59,324 nt of DNA from Pedococcus sp. (GTDB taxonomy: Bacteria > Actinomycetota > Actinomycetes > Actinomycetales > Dermatophilaceae). The notes under the pieces were generated by a model. That model saw only the letters and a program-made list of their open reading frames with translations, was not told the DNA's origin and searched no databases. The translations under genes and the position numbers were made by a program. Below are positions 19,450 through 29,986 of the stretch, piece after piece. Location: positions 1 to 59,324 of the forward strand of contig DASULG010000350.1 in assembly GCA_036278335.1 (NCBI GenBank), written 5' to 3'. Position 1 is the stretch's first letter, and each line of letters opens with the position of its first letter.

Positions 19450-19495
19450 TGCCGCTCCCGGCAGTCCCCTGCCGCTCCTGGCAGTCCCCTGCCGC
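19450..19495. repeat. 20-bp tandem direct repeat, 2.3 copies
   Basis: TGCCGCTCCCGGCAGTCCCC / TGCCGCTCCTGGCAGTCCCC / TGCCGC. Confidence 0.8.
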
Positions 19496-19586
19496 GCTGG
19501 GGTACCTCGTCCATCAAGAGCACTCTTTCGTCGATCCCCGGCCATGCTCCGCACGGCAGCGCCACGGTTTCGCCCGATGGCTGAGA

Positions 19587-19603
19587 AAGTGGATATTGGA
19601 TAC
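19587..19603. promoter_or_regulatory. Second copy of candidate GntR operator
   Basis: AAGTGGATATTGGATAC, 15/17 identical to 17468-17484, upstream of the ABC operon. Confidence 0.6.
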
Positions 19604-19684
19604 TTGTGCCGGGGACACCGCGGCCACTAGCGTCGGCCGGGACACCACCCCGCCGGCGGGTGGCTCGCGAGAAAGAGGGCAACG

Positions 19685-20740
19685 ATGCTCCCTAGGAAAC
19701 TCTTCGTGGTGGGCGTGGGCTGCACCCTTGCCATGGGCCTCTCGGCCTGCGGCGGCGGATCCGATTCCGGGTCGAAGCCTGCCAGCGAGACCAAGTCGAT
19801 GACCTTCGTCTCCTTCGGTGGTGCCTACCAGGACGCCCAGAAGAAGGCGATGACCGACCCCTATGCGGCGGCCAACAAGATCACGATGAACCAGGACGGG
19901 CCCACGGACTACGCCAAGATCAAGGCGATGGTCGAGTCAGGCAACGTGCTGTGGGACGTGGTGGACGCCGACCCGTTCTTCGCAATCGGCAACTGCGACA
20001 AGTACGCCGAGAAGCTCGACTTCTCGGTCATCGACACCTCCAAGATGCCTAAGGACTTCGTCTCAGACTGCGCGGTTCCGTCGATGACGTACTCGTACGT
20101 CCTCATGTACAACAAGGAGAAGTACCCGAAGCCGCCACAGAACTGGCACGACTTCTTCGACACCACGAAGTTCCCCGGCAAGCGAGCGCTGCAGAACGCT
20201 GCCCAGGGCGGCGGTTATGAGGCGGCGCTCCTCGCTGACGGGGTGGCCAAGGACAAGCTCTACCCCATTGACTACGGGCGCGCTGAGAAGAAGCTCGACA
20301 CCATCAAGAAGGACCTCGCCTTCTGGGACTCCGGCGCCCAGAGCCAGCAGATGATGGAGAAGGGCGAGGTCGACATGCTCCTCGCCTGGACCGGCCGCAG
20401 CTACAACGCGGTGAAGAACGGCGCACCGTTCGCGCCGCAGTGGAACGAGAACATGGCCGTGTACGACGTCTTCATGGTGCCCAAGGGCTCGAAGAACAAG
20501 GCTGCCGCGATGAAGTTCATTGCCTACGCCACGGGACCCGAGGCGCAGGCCAAGCTCACCGAGACGATCCCCTACTCGCCCATCAACTCGGACGCCAAGC
20601 CCAAGGTCGACCCGCTGATCAAGTCGTTCCTCTCCACGGAGCCCGGCGTGAAGGAGAAGGGCATCGTGCAGGACCAGGCTTGGTGGGCGAAGAACCAGGA
20701 TGCGGCGACCGAGAAGTGGACTGCCTGGGCGGCGGGCTGA
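19685..20740 (+). CDS. Polyamine-type ABC transporter substrate-binding lipoprotein
   Basis: Lipobox LSAC; SFGGAYQDAQ, WDVV, FFDTTKFPGKRAL (PotD/PotF-like SBP). Confidence 0.88.
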   Translation: MLPRKLFVVGVGCTLAMGLSACGGGSDSGSKPASETKSMTFVSFGGAYQDAQKKAMTDPYAAANKITMNQDGPTDYAKIKAMVESGNVLWDVVDADPFFAIGNCDKYAEKLDFSVIDTSKMPKDFVSDCAVPSMTYSYVLMYNKEKYPKPPQNWHDFFDTTKFPGKRALQNAAQGGGYEAALLADGVAKDKLYPIDYGRAEKKLDTIKKDLAFWDSGAQSQQMMEKGEVDMLLAWTGRSYNAVKNGAPFAPQWNENMAVYDVFMVPKGSKNKAAAMKFIAYATGPEAQAKLTETIPYSPINSDAKPKVDPLIKSFLSTEPGVKEKGIVQDQAWWAKNQDAATEKWTAWAAG

Positions 20741-20747
20741 GGCTGGC

Positions 20748-21611
20748 ATGAGCAATCAGCCCGCGACCGCGCGCCGCCGAGCAGTGCGGGGGCCGGCCGC
20801 ATTCGTCCTGCCGGCCCTCGCCCTGCTCCTCGTGGTGTTGGTGTGGCCGCTCATGCAGCTGCTCTATCGCAGCTTCATGACGCCCACGTTCTCGCTGGAG
20901 AAGTACCAGAATCTCTTCACGGACGGCGTCTCCGTCACGATCCTGACGCGCACGATCGTCATGTCGCTCGTCGTGACCGTGGTGACTCTGCTGCTGGCCT
21001 ACCCCTATGCCTACGCCATGACCAAGGTGACGCCGCGGACCCGGGCGGTGCTCATGGCCCTCGTCCTGTTGCCGTTCTGGACCTCCCTCATGGCCCGCAC
21101 CTTCGCCTGGCTGGTCCTGCTCCAGGACACCGGGGTGGTCAACTCGCTTCTCAGCGCCATCGGCGTCGGGCCGCTGTCGCTCATCCGCAACACCACCGGC
21201 GTGACCATCGGCATGACCCAGGTGCTGTTGCCGTTCATGGTGCTGCCCCTCTACAGCACGATGAGCAAGATCGATCTGCGCCTCATGACCGCCGCAGTGA
21301 GCCTCGGTGCGCCCGCTCGCGTGGCGTTCCGAAGGGTCTACCTTCCCCTGTCCATGCCGGGGGTGGTGGCCGGCACGACGCTCGTCTTCATCATGTCCCT
21401 GGGGTTCTACATCACGCCCCAGATTCTCGGCTCGCCACAGCAGGCGATGATCTCCCAGCTCATCGCGACGAAGATCGACCGGCTGCTCGACTTCGGTTCG
21501 GCCGGGGCGCTGTCGGCGGTCCTCATCCTGATCACGCTCGTGCTGCTTGCGCTGATGTCGCGCGTGGTCAAGCCCTCTGAGGCGCTCGGCACGACAGGAG
21601 CGGAGGAGTAG
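20748..21611 (+). CDS. ABC permease (PotB-like)
   Basis: Hydrophobic; LLAYPYAY, LPFWTS, AAVSLGA (EAA-like loop), YITPQILG. Confidence 0.88.
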   Translation: MSNQPATARRRAVRGPAAFVLPALALLLVVLVWPLMQLLYRSFMTPTFSLEKYQNLFTDGVSVTILTRTIVMSLVVTVVTLLLAYPYAYAMTKVTPRTRAVLMALVLLPFWTSLMARTFAWLVLLQDTGVVNSLLSAIGVGPLSLIRNTTGVTIGMTQVLLPFMVLPLYSTMSKIDLRLMTAAVSLGAPARVAFRRVYLPLSMPGVVAGTTLVFIMSLGFYITPQILGSPQQAMISQLIATKIDRLLDFGSAGALSAVLILITLVLLALMSRVVKPSEALGTTGAEE

Positions 21612-22403
21612 ATGCTCGACACCGATCGTCGTCTGTCGTGGCTCACCAAGGTCATGGTCGTCCTCGTTGGCGTCTACCTCGTCATCCCGACGCTCATCGT
21701 CATCCCGCTGAGCTTTACCGACCGCGCGAGCTTCGCCTTCCCTCCCCAGGGATGGTCGCTGCACTACTACCAGACCTTCCTCACAGAGCCCGTGTGGCGC
21801 GATGCACTGCTCACATCGGTGAAGCTCGGACTGGCGGTCATGGTCCTGGCCACCGTGCTCGGAAGCGCAGCGGCTGTGGCGCTCGTCCGGGGCCGTTTCC
21901 CCGGCAAGTCGCTCATCAACGGCCTTCTCCTGGCGCCGATGATCGTGCCGGTCATCGTCATCGCTGTGGCCATCTTCGGGGTGTTTCTACGGTGGCAGCT
22001 CGTCGGCAGCTTCACTGGCTTCCTGCTCGCACACACAGTGCTGGCCCTGCCGTTCGTCATCGTGACGGTCGGCTCAGCGCTGCGCACCTTCGATGACCGA
22101 CTCGAGCTGGCGGCCGCCAGCCTCGGCGCCCCGCTGCTCACCCGGCTGCGACGCGTGACGCTCCCGCTGGTCCTTCCCGGCGTGCTCTCGGGGGCCGTCT
22201 TCGCCTTCGTCACGTCTTTCGACGAGGTCGTCGTTGCCCTCTACCTGCAGAGCCCCGACATGCGCACTCTCCCGGTGCGCATGTACACCTCGGTCACCTC
22301 CGAAACCGACCCCACGATCGCCGCAGCATCGACACTCGTGCTTGTCGTGACGACCCTGCTGATCCTCTTGCCGCAGGTAATCCGCCGCGGCGAGCGTGCG
22401 TGA
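21612..22403 (+). CDS. ABC permease (PotC-like)
   Basis: FPPQGWSLHYY, LELAAASLGA, SFDEVV. Confidence 0.88.
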   Translation: MLDTDRRLSWLTKVMVVLVGVYLVIPTLIVIPLSFTDRASFAFPPQGWSLHYYQTFLTEPVWRDALLTSVKLGLAVMVLATVLGSAAAVALVRGRFPGKSLINGLLLAPMIVPVIVIAVAIFGVFLRWQLVGSFTGFLLAHTVLALPFVIVTVGSALRTFDDRLELAAASLGAPLLTRLRRVTLPLVLPGVLSGAVFAFVTSFDEVVVALYLQSPDMRTLPVRMYTSVTSETDPTIAAASTLVLVVTTLLILLPQVIRRGERA

Positions 22404-22443
22404 CCGGCGCACCCCTCCCACGCCTGACACGAACAGGACCGAG

Positions 22444-23649
22444 ATGACCCAGGCCACACCGTCCGACCAGACCGCCCCGCGGGAGCACGCGATCCACCAA
22501 GGCTCCGGCGTGGCTGACTCCACGAGCGGAGGCGTCGCCCTGAGCCTGCGCAACCTGTTCAAGGAGTACCCCAAGACGACGAAGCCAGCGGTGCGGGACG
22601 TCAACCTCGACATCGCCTCCGGCGAGTTCATGACGTTTCTCGGACCCAGCGGTTCGGGGAAGACGACGACGCTGAACATGATCGCCGGCTTCGTCTCCGT
22701 GACGGCAGGGGAGATCCTGCTCGCCGGCGAGGACGTCGCCCGAATGCCCGCGCACAAGCGTGACCTCGGCATGGTGTTCCAGCACTACGCACTCTTCCCG
22801 CACATGACGGCGGCGCAGAATGTCGCCTTCCCGCTGGAACAGCGAAAGGTGCCCAAGAACGACATCGAGAGCCGGGTCACGGCCGCCCTGGCCAGCGTTC
22901 ACCTCGAGGACTACGCGGCCCGCCTGCCGCGCCAGCTCTCCGGCGGTCAGCAGCAGCGTGTCGCCGTTGCCCGCGCCATCGTCTACAACCCGCGCGTCCT
23001 CCTCATGGACGAGCCGCTCGGTGCCCTCGACAAGCACCTGCGAGAGCAGCTCCAGTCCGAGATCACCCGGCTGCACCGCGAGCTCGGCCTCACCTTCGTC
23101 TACGTCACGCATGACCAGGAGGAGGCGCTGGCCCTCTCCGACCGAATCGCCGTGTTCAACGAGGGCGGCATCGAGCAGGTGGGAACACCGGACGAGCTCT
23201 ACGAGAGCCCGCGCACGGTGTTCGTGGCGGAGTTCCTCGGTGACTCCAACGTGCTGCGCGGCACGGTGAGCCCCGACGGGCGCACCCTGAAGAGCAGCCA
23301 CTTCGAGCTCGTCCTCGGCAACGGCCGCAGCCGGGTTGGCCCAGGACGCTCCGGAGCGGTCGTCGTCCGGCCGGAGCGGATCCATATCCTCACGGACGGC
23401 CAGGTCGCGGCTCCTGACCACAACGTCCTGGAGGCGAGCGTCACCGAGGTTGTCTACCTCGGTGCCGCGCGAAAGGTTGTCCTCGAGTTCCCTTGGGGTG
23501 GAAGGGGCCTCGTGCGGGAGGCGATGCGGCTGGCCTCCTCCGCCGACCGCGGCGACCGGGTGCGGGTCGCCTGGGCGCCCGAGGAGAGCGTCGTCGTCCC
23601 CGACGGACCTGACATGTACGACGACGAGATTGGGGCGGAGGCCACGTGA
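22444..23649 (+). CDS. ABC ATP-binding protein (PotA-like, C-terminal TOBE)
   Basis: [29 protein letters not shown]; start uncertain (alternative GTG at 22396). Confidence 0.9.
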   Translation: MTQATPSDQTAPREHAIHQGSGVADSTSGGVALSLRNLFKEYPKTTKPAVRDVNLDIASGEFMTFLGPSGSGKTTTLNMIAGFVSVTAGEILLAGEDVARMPAHKRDLGMVFQHYALFPHMTAAQNVAFPLEQRKVPKNDIESRVTAALASVHLEDYAARLPRQLSGGQQQRVAVARAIVYNPRVLLMDEPLGALDKHLREQLQSEITRLHRELGLTFVYVTHDQEEALALSDRIAVFNEGGIEQVGTPDELYESPRTVFVAEFLGDSNVLRGTVSPDGRTLKSSHFELVLGNGRSRVGPGRSGAVVVRPERIHILTDGQVAAPDHNVLEASVTEVVYLGAARKVVLEFPWGGRGLVREAMRLASSADRGDRVRVAWAPEESVVVPDGPDMYDDEIGAEAT

Positions 23650-24608
23650 CGACAGGACCGAACCGAGGGCCGGTGGACGGGCTCAAGGTGCCTCGGTTCA
23701 ACGGCCCTGCCACGTTCGCCCGACTACCGCGGATGGACGAGGTGTCGAAGGCCGACGTCGCCGTCGTCGGAGTGCCCTTCGACTCGGCGGTGAGCTACCG
23801 TCCCGGCGCCCGCTTCGGCCCATCGCACGTGCGCGCCTCCTCCAAGCTCCTGCGCAGCTTCAACCCTGTGCAGGACATAGAGCCTTTCGCGGTGCAGCAG
23901 GTCGTCGACGCCGGCGACATCGCCTGCAACCCCTTCGACATCGGGGAGGCCATCCGCCAGATCGACGAGGGCGCACGGGAGATCGCCACCGCCGGGGCAA
24001 AGCTCATGACCATCGGCGGCGACCACACCATTGCCCTGCCGCTGCTGCGGGTCATGCACGAGATGCACGGGCCGATCGCGGTGGTCCACTTCGACGCCCA
24101 CCTCGACACGTGGGACACCTACTTTGGCGCGCCGTACACACACGGCACACCGTTCCGCCGGGCGAGCGAGGAGGGGCTGATCGACAAGACCGGCAGCATG
24201 CATGTCGGCATCCGCGGCCCGCTCTACAGCCGCCAGGACCTCACCGATGACCAGGTGCTGGGCTTCCAGGTGATCGGCTGCCACGAGATGGACGACCTGG
24301 GCTGGAGGGGCGTCGTCGAGCAGATCCGCGCTCGGGTGGGCAACCGCCCGACCTATGTCTCCCTCGACATCGACGTGCTCGACCCGTCCTTCGCGCCCGG
24401 CACCGGCACCCCGGAGGCTGGCGGACTGACCAGCCGCGAACTGCTCAATATTCTGCGATCCTTCGCCAGCCTCAACCTCGTCGGCGCCGACATCGTCGAG
24501 GTGGCCCCGGCCTACGACCACGCGGAGATCACGGGCGTAGCCGCCTCTCACGCCGCTTTCGAGCTCATCAGCGCGATGGCCCCGCGGACGGGCTCGGCGG
24601 ATGCCTGA
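23646..24608 (+). CDS. speB: Ureohydrolase (agmatinase/guanidinobutyrase family)
   Basis: [40 protein letters not shown]; exact substrate uncertain. Confidence 0.8.
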   Translation: MTTGPNRGPVDGLKVPRFNGPATFARLPRMDEVSKADVAVVGVPFDSAVSYRPGARFGPSHVRASSKLLRSFNPVQDIEPFAVQQVVDAGDIACNPFDIGEAIRQIDEGAREIATAGAKLMTIGGDHTIALPLLRVMHEMHGPIAVVHFDAHLDTWDTYFGAPYTHGTPFRRASEEGLIDKTGSMHVGIRGPLYSRQDLTDDQVLGFQVIGCHEMDDLGWRGVVEQIRARVGNRPTYVSLDIDVLDPSFAPGTGTPEAGGLTSRELLNILRSFASLNLVGADIVEVAPAYDHAEITGVAASHAAFELISAMAPRTGSADA

Positions 24609-26016
24609 GGCGCAGGGCGCCTCGGCGCCGCCACGCACCGAAGGGTTCGGAAACGGGCAGGTCTCCTTCTGGTACCGCGCGATCGGTGTGCCGAAGCGCC
24701 GCCCCGCCATGCCAGGCTCGACCGACGTCGACGTGGCGATTGTCGGCGGTGGCTACACCGGACTGTGGACCGCGTACTACCTGAAGAGGGCCCAGCCCGA
24801 CCTGCGCATCGCCGTGCTGGAGAAGGAGTTCGCCGGTTTCGGCGCCTCGGGCCGCAACGGCGGCTGGCTCAGCGCCGAGCCGCCCGGCCAGCTGAGGCGC
24901 TATGCCAAGGCGCATGGCTGGCCCGCCGCCGTGGCGATGCAGAAGGAGATGTTCGCCTCCGTCGACGAGGTCATCGCCGCGGCGGCTGCCGAGGGCATAG
25001 ACGCTGACATTCAGAAGGACGGGCTGCTGCACGTGGCCACCAACGAGGCACAGGCGAGGCGCATGCTGGGCCGCGTCACGGACCTGCGGCGCGAGGGCTG
25101 GGGCGTCGACGACCTGCACGTGTTGGACGCCGATGGCCTGGCCGAGCGCGTGCGCATCGCGGGCGGCAAGGCGGCGCTGTGGAGCCCGCACTGCGCGCGG
25201 ATCCAACCGGCCAAGCTCGTGCGCGGACTGGCCGCCGTCGTCGAGCGTCTGGGCGTCCCCATCTACGAGGGCACCGAGGTCACCGAGATCCGCCCGCACG
25301 AGGCGGTGACCGACCACGGCACCGTGCGCGCGGCATACGTGGTGCGGGCGCTGGAGGGCTTCACTGCCTCGGTTGAGAGCCCCCGTCTCTGGCTGCCCAT
25401 GAACAGCAGCATGCTCGTCACCGCGCCGCTCCCCGACAGGGCGTGGCAGCAGGTGGGCTGGCGCGGCGCCGAGCTCGTCGGAGATGAGGCGCACTCGTTC
25501 AGCTACATCCAGCGCACCGCCGACGGACGGATCGCCATCGGGGGCCGCGGCATTCCCTACCGCTTCGGCTCGCACTGGGACGAGGGCGGGGAGACCCGCA
25601 AAGCTACCCTCGAGCAGCTGACCCGCGTCCTGCACCAGCACTTCCCGGCGACCCGCGACGTGCCGATCGAGCACACCTGGTCGGGCGTCCTGGGCGTCCC
25701 GCGCGACTGGTGTGCGGCGGTGGATCTCGACCGCCGCACCGGCCTCGCCTGGGCCGGTGGCTACGTCGGCCACGGCGTCACGGCGACCAACCTGGCCGGC
25801 CGCACCCTGCGCGACCTCATCCTCGGCAGGGACACCGAGCTGACCCGCTTGCCATGGGTGGGACGGCACGTGCGCCGCTGGGAGCCCGAGCCGCTGCGCT
25901 GGCTGGGCGTACGCGGGCTGTACGTCGCCTACCGGGCCGCTGACCGGCAGGAGAACGCCGGCGGCGCGGCCACGTCTCCGATCGCGCGCGTCGCGGACCG
26001 GATCAGCGGCCGCTGA
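24601..26016 (+). CDS. FAD-dependent oxidoreductase (DAO family, PuuB-like)
   Basis: [32 protein letters not shown]. Confidence 0.85.
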   Translation: MPEAQGASAPPRTEGFGNGQVSFWYRAIGVPKRRPAMPGSTDVDVAIVGGGYTGLWTAYYLKRAQPDLRIAVLEKEFAGFGASGRNGGWLSAEPPGQLRRYAKAHGWPAAVAMQKEMFASVDEVIAAAAAEGIDADIQKDGLLHVATNEAQARRMLGRVTDLRREGWGVDDLHVLDADGLAERVRIAGGKAALWSPHCARIQPAKLVRGLAAVVERLGVPIYEGTEVTEIRPHEAVTDHGTVRAAYVVRALEGFTASVESPRLWLPMNSSMLVTAPLPDRAWQQVGWRGAELVGDEAHSFSYIQRTADGRIAIGGRGIPYRFGSHWDEGGETRKATLEQLTRVLHQHFPATRDVPIEHTWSGVLGVPRDWCAAVDLDRRTGLAWAGGYVGHGVTATNLAGRTLRDLILGRDTELTRLPWVGRHVRRWEPEPLRWLGVRGLYVAYRAADRQENAGGAATSPIARVADRISGR

Positions 26017-26996
26017 TGGCGACGGTGGTGCTCACGACCGGGGGCACCATCGCGTCGCGCCACCGTGGCGAGCAGTCTGTCGTCGCGGTGGACGCGGGGA
26101 CCGACCTCGCGGCTGCCGCGGGCCTGGACAGTCCGGGAGTCCGCGTGGAGGAGTTCTGCCGAGTCGGCAGCTATGCCATGACAGTGCCGCTGTTGGCCGC
26201 GCTCGGACAGCGCGTCCGGCAGCTCTGCGCCGACCCCGGCGTCGAGGGCGTTGTCGTCACGCACGGCACCGACACGATGGAGGAGAGCGCCTACCTCACC
26301 GACCTCGGCCACGATCGGCGCGCCGCCGTGGTGTTCACGGGTGCCCAGCTGCCGGCGGATCACGCCGAGACCGACGGCCCGGCCAACCTGCGCGACGCAG
26401 TGCTGCTGGCCCAGGACCCGGCCGCGGCCCCGCTCGGCGTCCTCATCGCCATGGCAGGACGGGCGTATGCCGCCGCCGAGGCCACCAAGGCGCACTCCAC
26501 CGCCCTGGACCCCTGGGGTGCCGCTGGCATCCCGCCCGTCGCGGTCCTCTCTGGTGGGCGGTTCACCGTCACCCGGCGCCCCGGACCAGCGCCCCCGCCA
26601 CTCGTCATGCCGCCCGAGCGCGCCACGCGCCGGGTGGACCTGGTCAAGCTCGCCGTCGGCGTCGACGGCGCCATGGTGCGGGCGGCGGTGGCCCGCGGGG
26701 CGGAGGCCGTCGTGGTCGAGGCGTTCGGCCTCGGCAACGCACCGGAGGACGTCACCGCCGCGGTGAGCGAGACCGTGAGGGCCGGCGTCCCCGTCGCGGT
26801 GGTGACCCGATGCGGGGCCGGCCCGGTCGCTGGCGTCTACGGCAATGGCGGGGGAGCCGATCTCGAGCGCGCCGGGGCTCTGCTGCTCGGCGGCTTCACC
26901 GGGCAGCGCGCCCGCATCCTGCTCGCCGTCGCCCTGGCCGCCGCCGACTCGACGTCCGCCGCCCTCGACCTCGTCCGGCGGAGGGCAGGCGTATAA
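26016..26996 (+). CDS. Asparaginase/glutaminase family amidohydrolase
   Basis: TGGTIA and HGTDTMEE catalytic Thr motifs; TGATG coupling to the oxidase. Confidence 0.88.
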   Translation: MATVVLTTGGTIASRHRGEQSVVAVDAGTDLAAAAGLDSPGVRVEEFCRVGSYAMTVPLLAALGQRVRQLCADPGVEGVVVTHGTDTMEESAYLTDLGHDRRAAVVFTGAQLPADHAETDGPANLRDAVLLAQDPAAAPLGVLIAMAGRAYAAAEATKAHSTALDPWGAAGIPPVAVLSGGRFTVTRRPGPAPPPLVMPPERATRRVDLVKLAVGVDGAMVRAAVARGAEAVVVEAFGLGNAPEDVTAAVSETVRAGVPVAVVTRCGAGPVAGVYGNGGGADLERAGALLLGGFTGQRARILLAVALAAADSTSAALDLVRRRAGV

Positions 26997-27045
26997 CCAC
27001 CGGCCACGACCGAGCAAGTCCAGACGACCACGACAGGGAGAGCTG

Positions 27046-27639
27046 ATGCACACCACCATCCCGGCCGGCCATGGCCGTGCCTTCCGACTGGCCGCCGGTC
27101 AGCGGCTGCGTGTCGCCACCGCAGAGGGTGGACAGGTGGTGGACACGTGGGCGCTGGCGCTGCCCGACCTCGACGAGTCGATGTCGATGGAGCACACCCG
27201 TGCGCGGCTCCTGACTCTCTCCCCGCGCGCCGGCGACGACCTCTTCAGCGACCGGCGCAGGCCCATCCTGCGGCTCGTGGACGACACCAGTCCCGGCATC
27301 CACGACACCCTCATCGCCGCCTGCGACCAGGAGCGCTACACCCAGCTCGGCCACGCGGGCCCACACCGGAACTGCGCCGACAACTTCCGGGCCGCCCTGG
27401 CCGAGCTCGGCTACGCGGCCCCACCCGTGCCCGCGCCCCTCAACGTGTTCATGAGCGTCCCGGTGGACGGGGACGGCACGTTGAGCTTCCAGCCGTCACC
27501 CGCGCGGCCGGGCGACGCGGTGACCCTGGAGGCAGTGCGCGATGTTGTCGTCGTGCTCTCAGCGTGCCCGCAGGACCTTGTGCCCATCAACGGCGCGGCG
27601 ATGCGGCCCACCAGCGTCGGCGTCGACACCCCGGACTGA
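27046..27639 (+). CDS. DUF1989 / urea carboxylase-associated family protein
   Basis: GGQVVD, SMEHTR, HDTLIAACD, HRNCADN, PLNVFM, SACPQD metal-binding motifs. Confidence 0.85.
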   Translation: MHTTIPAGHGRAFRLAAGQRLRVATAEGGQVVDTWALALPDLDESMSMEHTRARLLTLSPRAGDDLFSDRRRPILRLVDDTSPGIHDTLIAACDQERYTQLGHAGPHRNCADNFRAALAELGYAAPPVPAPLNVFMSVPVDGDGTLSFQPSPARPGDAVTLEAVRDVVVVLSACPQDLVPINGAAMRPTSVGVDTPD

Positions 27640-27643
27640 CGGA

Positions 27644-27699
27644 GGCACGGCAGAGCGGCCGCGTGCCCCGATGGGGGCTCGCGGCGGCTCTGCCATGCC
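27644..27699. terminator. Inverted repeat between convergent operons
   Basis: GGCACGGCAGAGC ... GCTCTGCCATGCC (12/13 paired). Confidence 0.55.
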
Positions 27700-27714
27700 G
27701 CGCGACGCGCGGCC

Positions 27715-28587
27715 TCAGGAAAGGGCCGTCTGGCGTGCCGGGGCGGTGAGCAGGCCGTACAGGGCGGGCCGCCGGTCGCGCAGGGCGTCGTTGTGGGTGT
27801 TCGAAGCCTTGTCCCGCGCGAGGGCGAGGTCGCACACGGAGAGGAGTGTCTGCTCGGCGCCTCCCGCCTCGGCCAGTGCCAGCGGATAGCCGTTCGGCGC
27901 GATGACCGCCGACCCGCCGGCCCAATGAACGCCCCGCTCCTGGCCGACACGGTCGCAGACAGCAACGAACATCCGGTTGGCGAGCGCCGCCGCCTGGGCG
28001 TGGAGGACCTCCTCGGGCCGCTCGCCGGGCGGGACGGCCGTGGCCGGCCAGTTGGTCGGGACGCAGAGCAGATCAGCGCCACGCAGGGCCGCCGTGCGCG
28101 TCCACTCCGGGAACTCGATGTCATAGCAGAGGACGACGGCGATACGCCCGAACAGGCTGTCGATGACAGGGGGCAGCTCGTCCCCGGGGACAAAGATGTT
28201 GACCTCGTTGTCCCACAGATGCGCCTTGCGGTACACCGCACGCACACCGGTCGCATCGACGACGAAGGCACTGTTGCGCAGCCGCTGTGACTCGTCGCTC
28301 TCGGCGAAGCCCCCGATGACGATGACGTCAAGCTCAGCCGCCACGGTGGCGAAGGCCCGGAGCGCCGGGCCCTGCACCGACTCGGCGTACGGGCGCAGCT
28401 CCTCGGCGTCGGTGAAGACGTAGCCGGTGGTGACAAGCTCGGGCAGGACGACGATGTCCGCGCCCTGGGCTGCGGCGGAGCGGATCGCCCCGGTGGCCCG
28501 GGCGAGGTTGCCCTCGACATCCCCGAGCACCGGCGCGACCTGACAGGCCGCCACCACGGCGGGTCGACTGGGCTGAGAATCAGGCAC
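27715..28587 (-). CDS. Nitrilase-superfamily carbon-nitrogen hydrolase (5-aminopentanamidase DavA-like)
   Basis: Glu-Lys-Cys triad: LPELVTTGY, YRKAHLW, LCYDIEFPE. Confidence 0.85.
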   Translation of the reverse strand: MPDSQPSRPAVVAACQVAPVLGDVEGNLARATGAIRSAAAQGADIVVLPELVTTGYVFTDAEELRPYAESVQGPALRAFATVAAELDVIVIGGFAESDESQRLRNSAFVVDATGVRAVYRKAHLWDNEVNIFVPGDELPPVIDSLFGRIAVVLCYDIEFPEWTRTAALRGADLLCVPTNWPATAVPPGERPEEVLHAQAAALANRMFVAVCDRVGQERGVHWAGGSAVIAPNGYPLALAEAGGAEQTLLSVCDLALARDKASNTHNDALRDRRPALYGLLTAPARQTALS

Positions 28588-29956
28588 GAGCCGGCGCGCT
28601 CTCAGTCGCCTCGAGCTCGGCCTCGTCGAGAGCGAGCTGCGGGGGACGGCGGGTCAGCCCGCGCGTGAGGAAGAGCAAGTAGGCCACCCCGACCGCAACC
28701 CAGACGCCGCCCACGACGAAGGTAGTTGAGGAAAGGCTCGTCCAGAGCCACGCGGTGAGCGCCACCCCGATCCCTGGCACCACGGCATACCGCACGAGGT
28801 CACCGCCACTCCGGCGCCCGCCGTCGATGACGTAGTGCTTGATGACGGAGAGGTTGACGAACGAGAACGCCGCCAGGGCCCCGAAGCTGATCATCGCGGC
28901 CGCGAGCTCGAGGCTGATGAAGAGGGCCACGAAGGACACCGCGCCGACGACCAGGGTGGCCAGCACCGGTGTGTGGAAGCGGATGCTGAGCCGCCCGAAG
29001 ACCCGACGCGGCAGAACGCCGTCGCGGCCCATGGCGTAGAGGATGCGCGACACGCTCGCCTGGGACGCCATCGCCGACGCGAAGCACCCGGCGATGTAGG
29101 CGGCCGTGAAGAACGATGCCAGCAGGGACCCGCCGACGTGCTTCATGACGTCCAGGGAGGCGGAGTCGACGTCCGTGAAGGCGCCGTAGTCCGGGAAGGC
29201 GAGGTGAGCGATGTACGAGACGGCGATGAACGTGACTCCGCCGATGACGGTGGTCAGCATGATGGCCAGCGGGATGGTGCGCCTCGGGTTGTGGGTCTCT
29301 TCCGACAGGGTCGAGATTGCGTCGAAGCCGAGGAACGACAGGCAGAGGATGGCGGCACCGGCGAAGAGTGCGCCGTACTGCGGGTTGTCGCCGAAGAAGG
29401 GGGTGGTCAGCGAGGGAGCGCCATCGGCGGAGATGCTTCGCACCGCCGCAACGACGAAGACGGCGATGAAGATGAGCTGGAAGGCCACGAGCACGAGGTT
29501 CATCCTCGTCACGAGCCGGATGCCAAGGACGTTGAGCGCCGTGACCAGGACGATGGCGGCGACGATCCAGACCGGCTGCGCGATGGAGGGGAACTGGGCG
29601 TTGAGGTAGATGCCGATGACGAGATAGTTGATCATCGGCAGGAAGATGTAGTCGAGAAGCAGCGCCCAGCCGACGAGGAAGCCGGCGTGACCGCCGAAGG
29701 ACTTCTGGGTGTAGGTGTAGGCGGAGCCGGCATAGGGGTGCACGGCGACCATGCGGCCGTAGCTGTACGCCGTGAAGAGCATCGCGACCAGGGTGAGCAC
29801 GTAGGCCCCGGGGAGGTGGCCCGCGGTGCTGTCGGTGACGACGCCGTAGGTCGTGAACACCGTCAGCGGGACCATGTAGGCCAGGCCGAAGAGCACGAGT
29901 GCGGGAAGGCCCAGCACCCGTTGGAGGTGCGGGGCGGGGTTCAGTGTGGATGTCAT
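28580..29956 (-). CDS. APC-family amino acid/polyamine permease (PuuP-like)
   Basis: FGLAYMVP, AGSAYTYT, SFLGFDAISTLSEE, SRILYAMGRDG; about 12 TM. Confidence 0.9.
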   Translation of the reverse strand: MTSTLNPAPHLQRVLGLPALVLFGLAYMVPLTVFTTYGVVTDSTAGHLPGAYVLTLVAMLFTAYSYGRMVAVHPYAGSAYTYTQKSFGGHAGFLVGWALLLDYIFLPMINYLVIGIYLNAQFPSIAQPVWIVAAIVLVTALNVLGIRLVTRMNLVLVAFQLIFIAVFVVAAVRSISADGAPSLTTPFFGDNPQYGALFAGAAILCLSFLGFDAISTLSEETHNPRRTIPLAIMLTTVIGGVTFIAVSYIAHLAFPDYGAFTDVDSASLDVMKHVGGSLLASFFTAAYIAGCFASAMASQASVSRILYAMGRDGVLPRRVFGRLSIRFHTPVLATLVVGAVSFVALFISLELAAAMISFGALAAFSFVNLSVIKHYVIDGGRRSGGDLVRYAVVPGIGVALTAWLWTSLSSTTFVVGGVWVAVGVAYLLFLTRGLTRRPPQLALDEAELEATESAPARA

Positions 29957-29986
29957 GAGGGTCCTCTCGTGGAGCGGGAGAGCCGG

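Noticed and set aside
26997-27045. Guanidine-II riboswitch upstream of DUF1989 (three ACGA tetramers)
   Set aside because: Flanking bases do not pair to form stems closing ACGR loops
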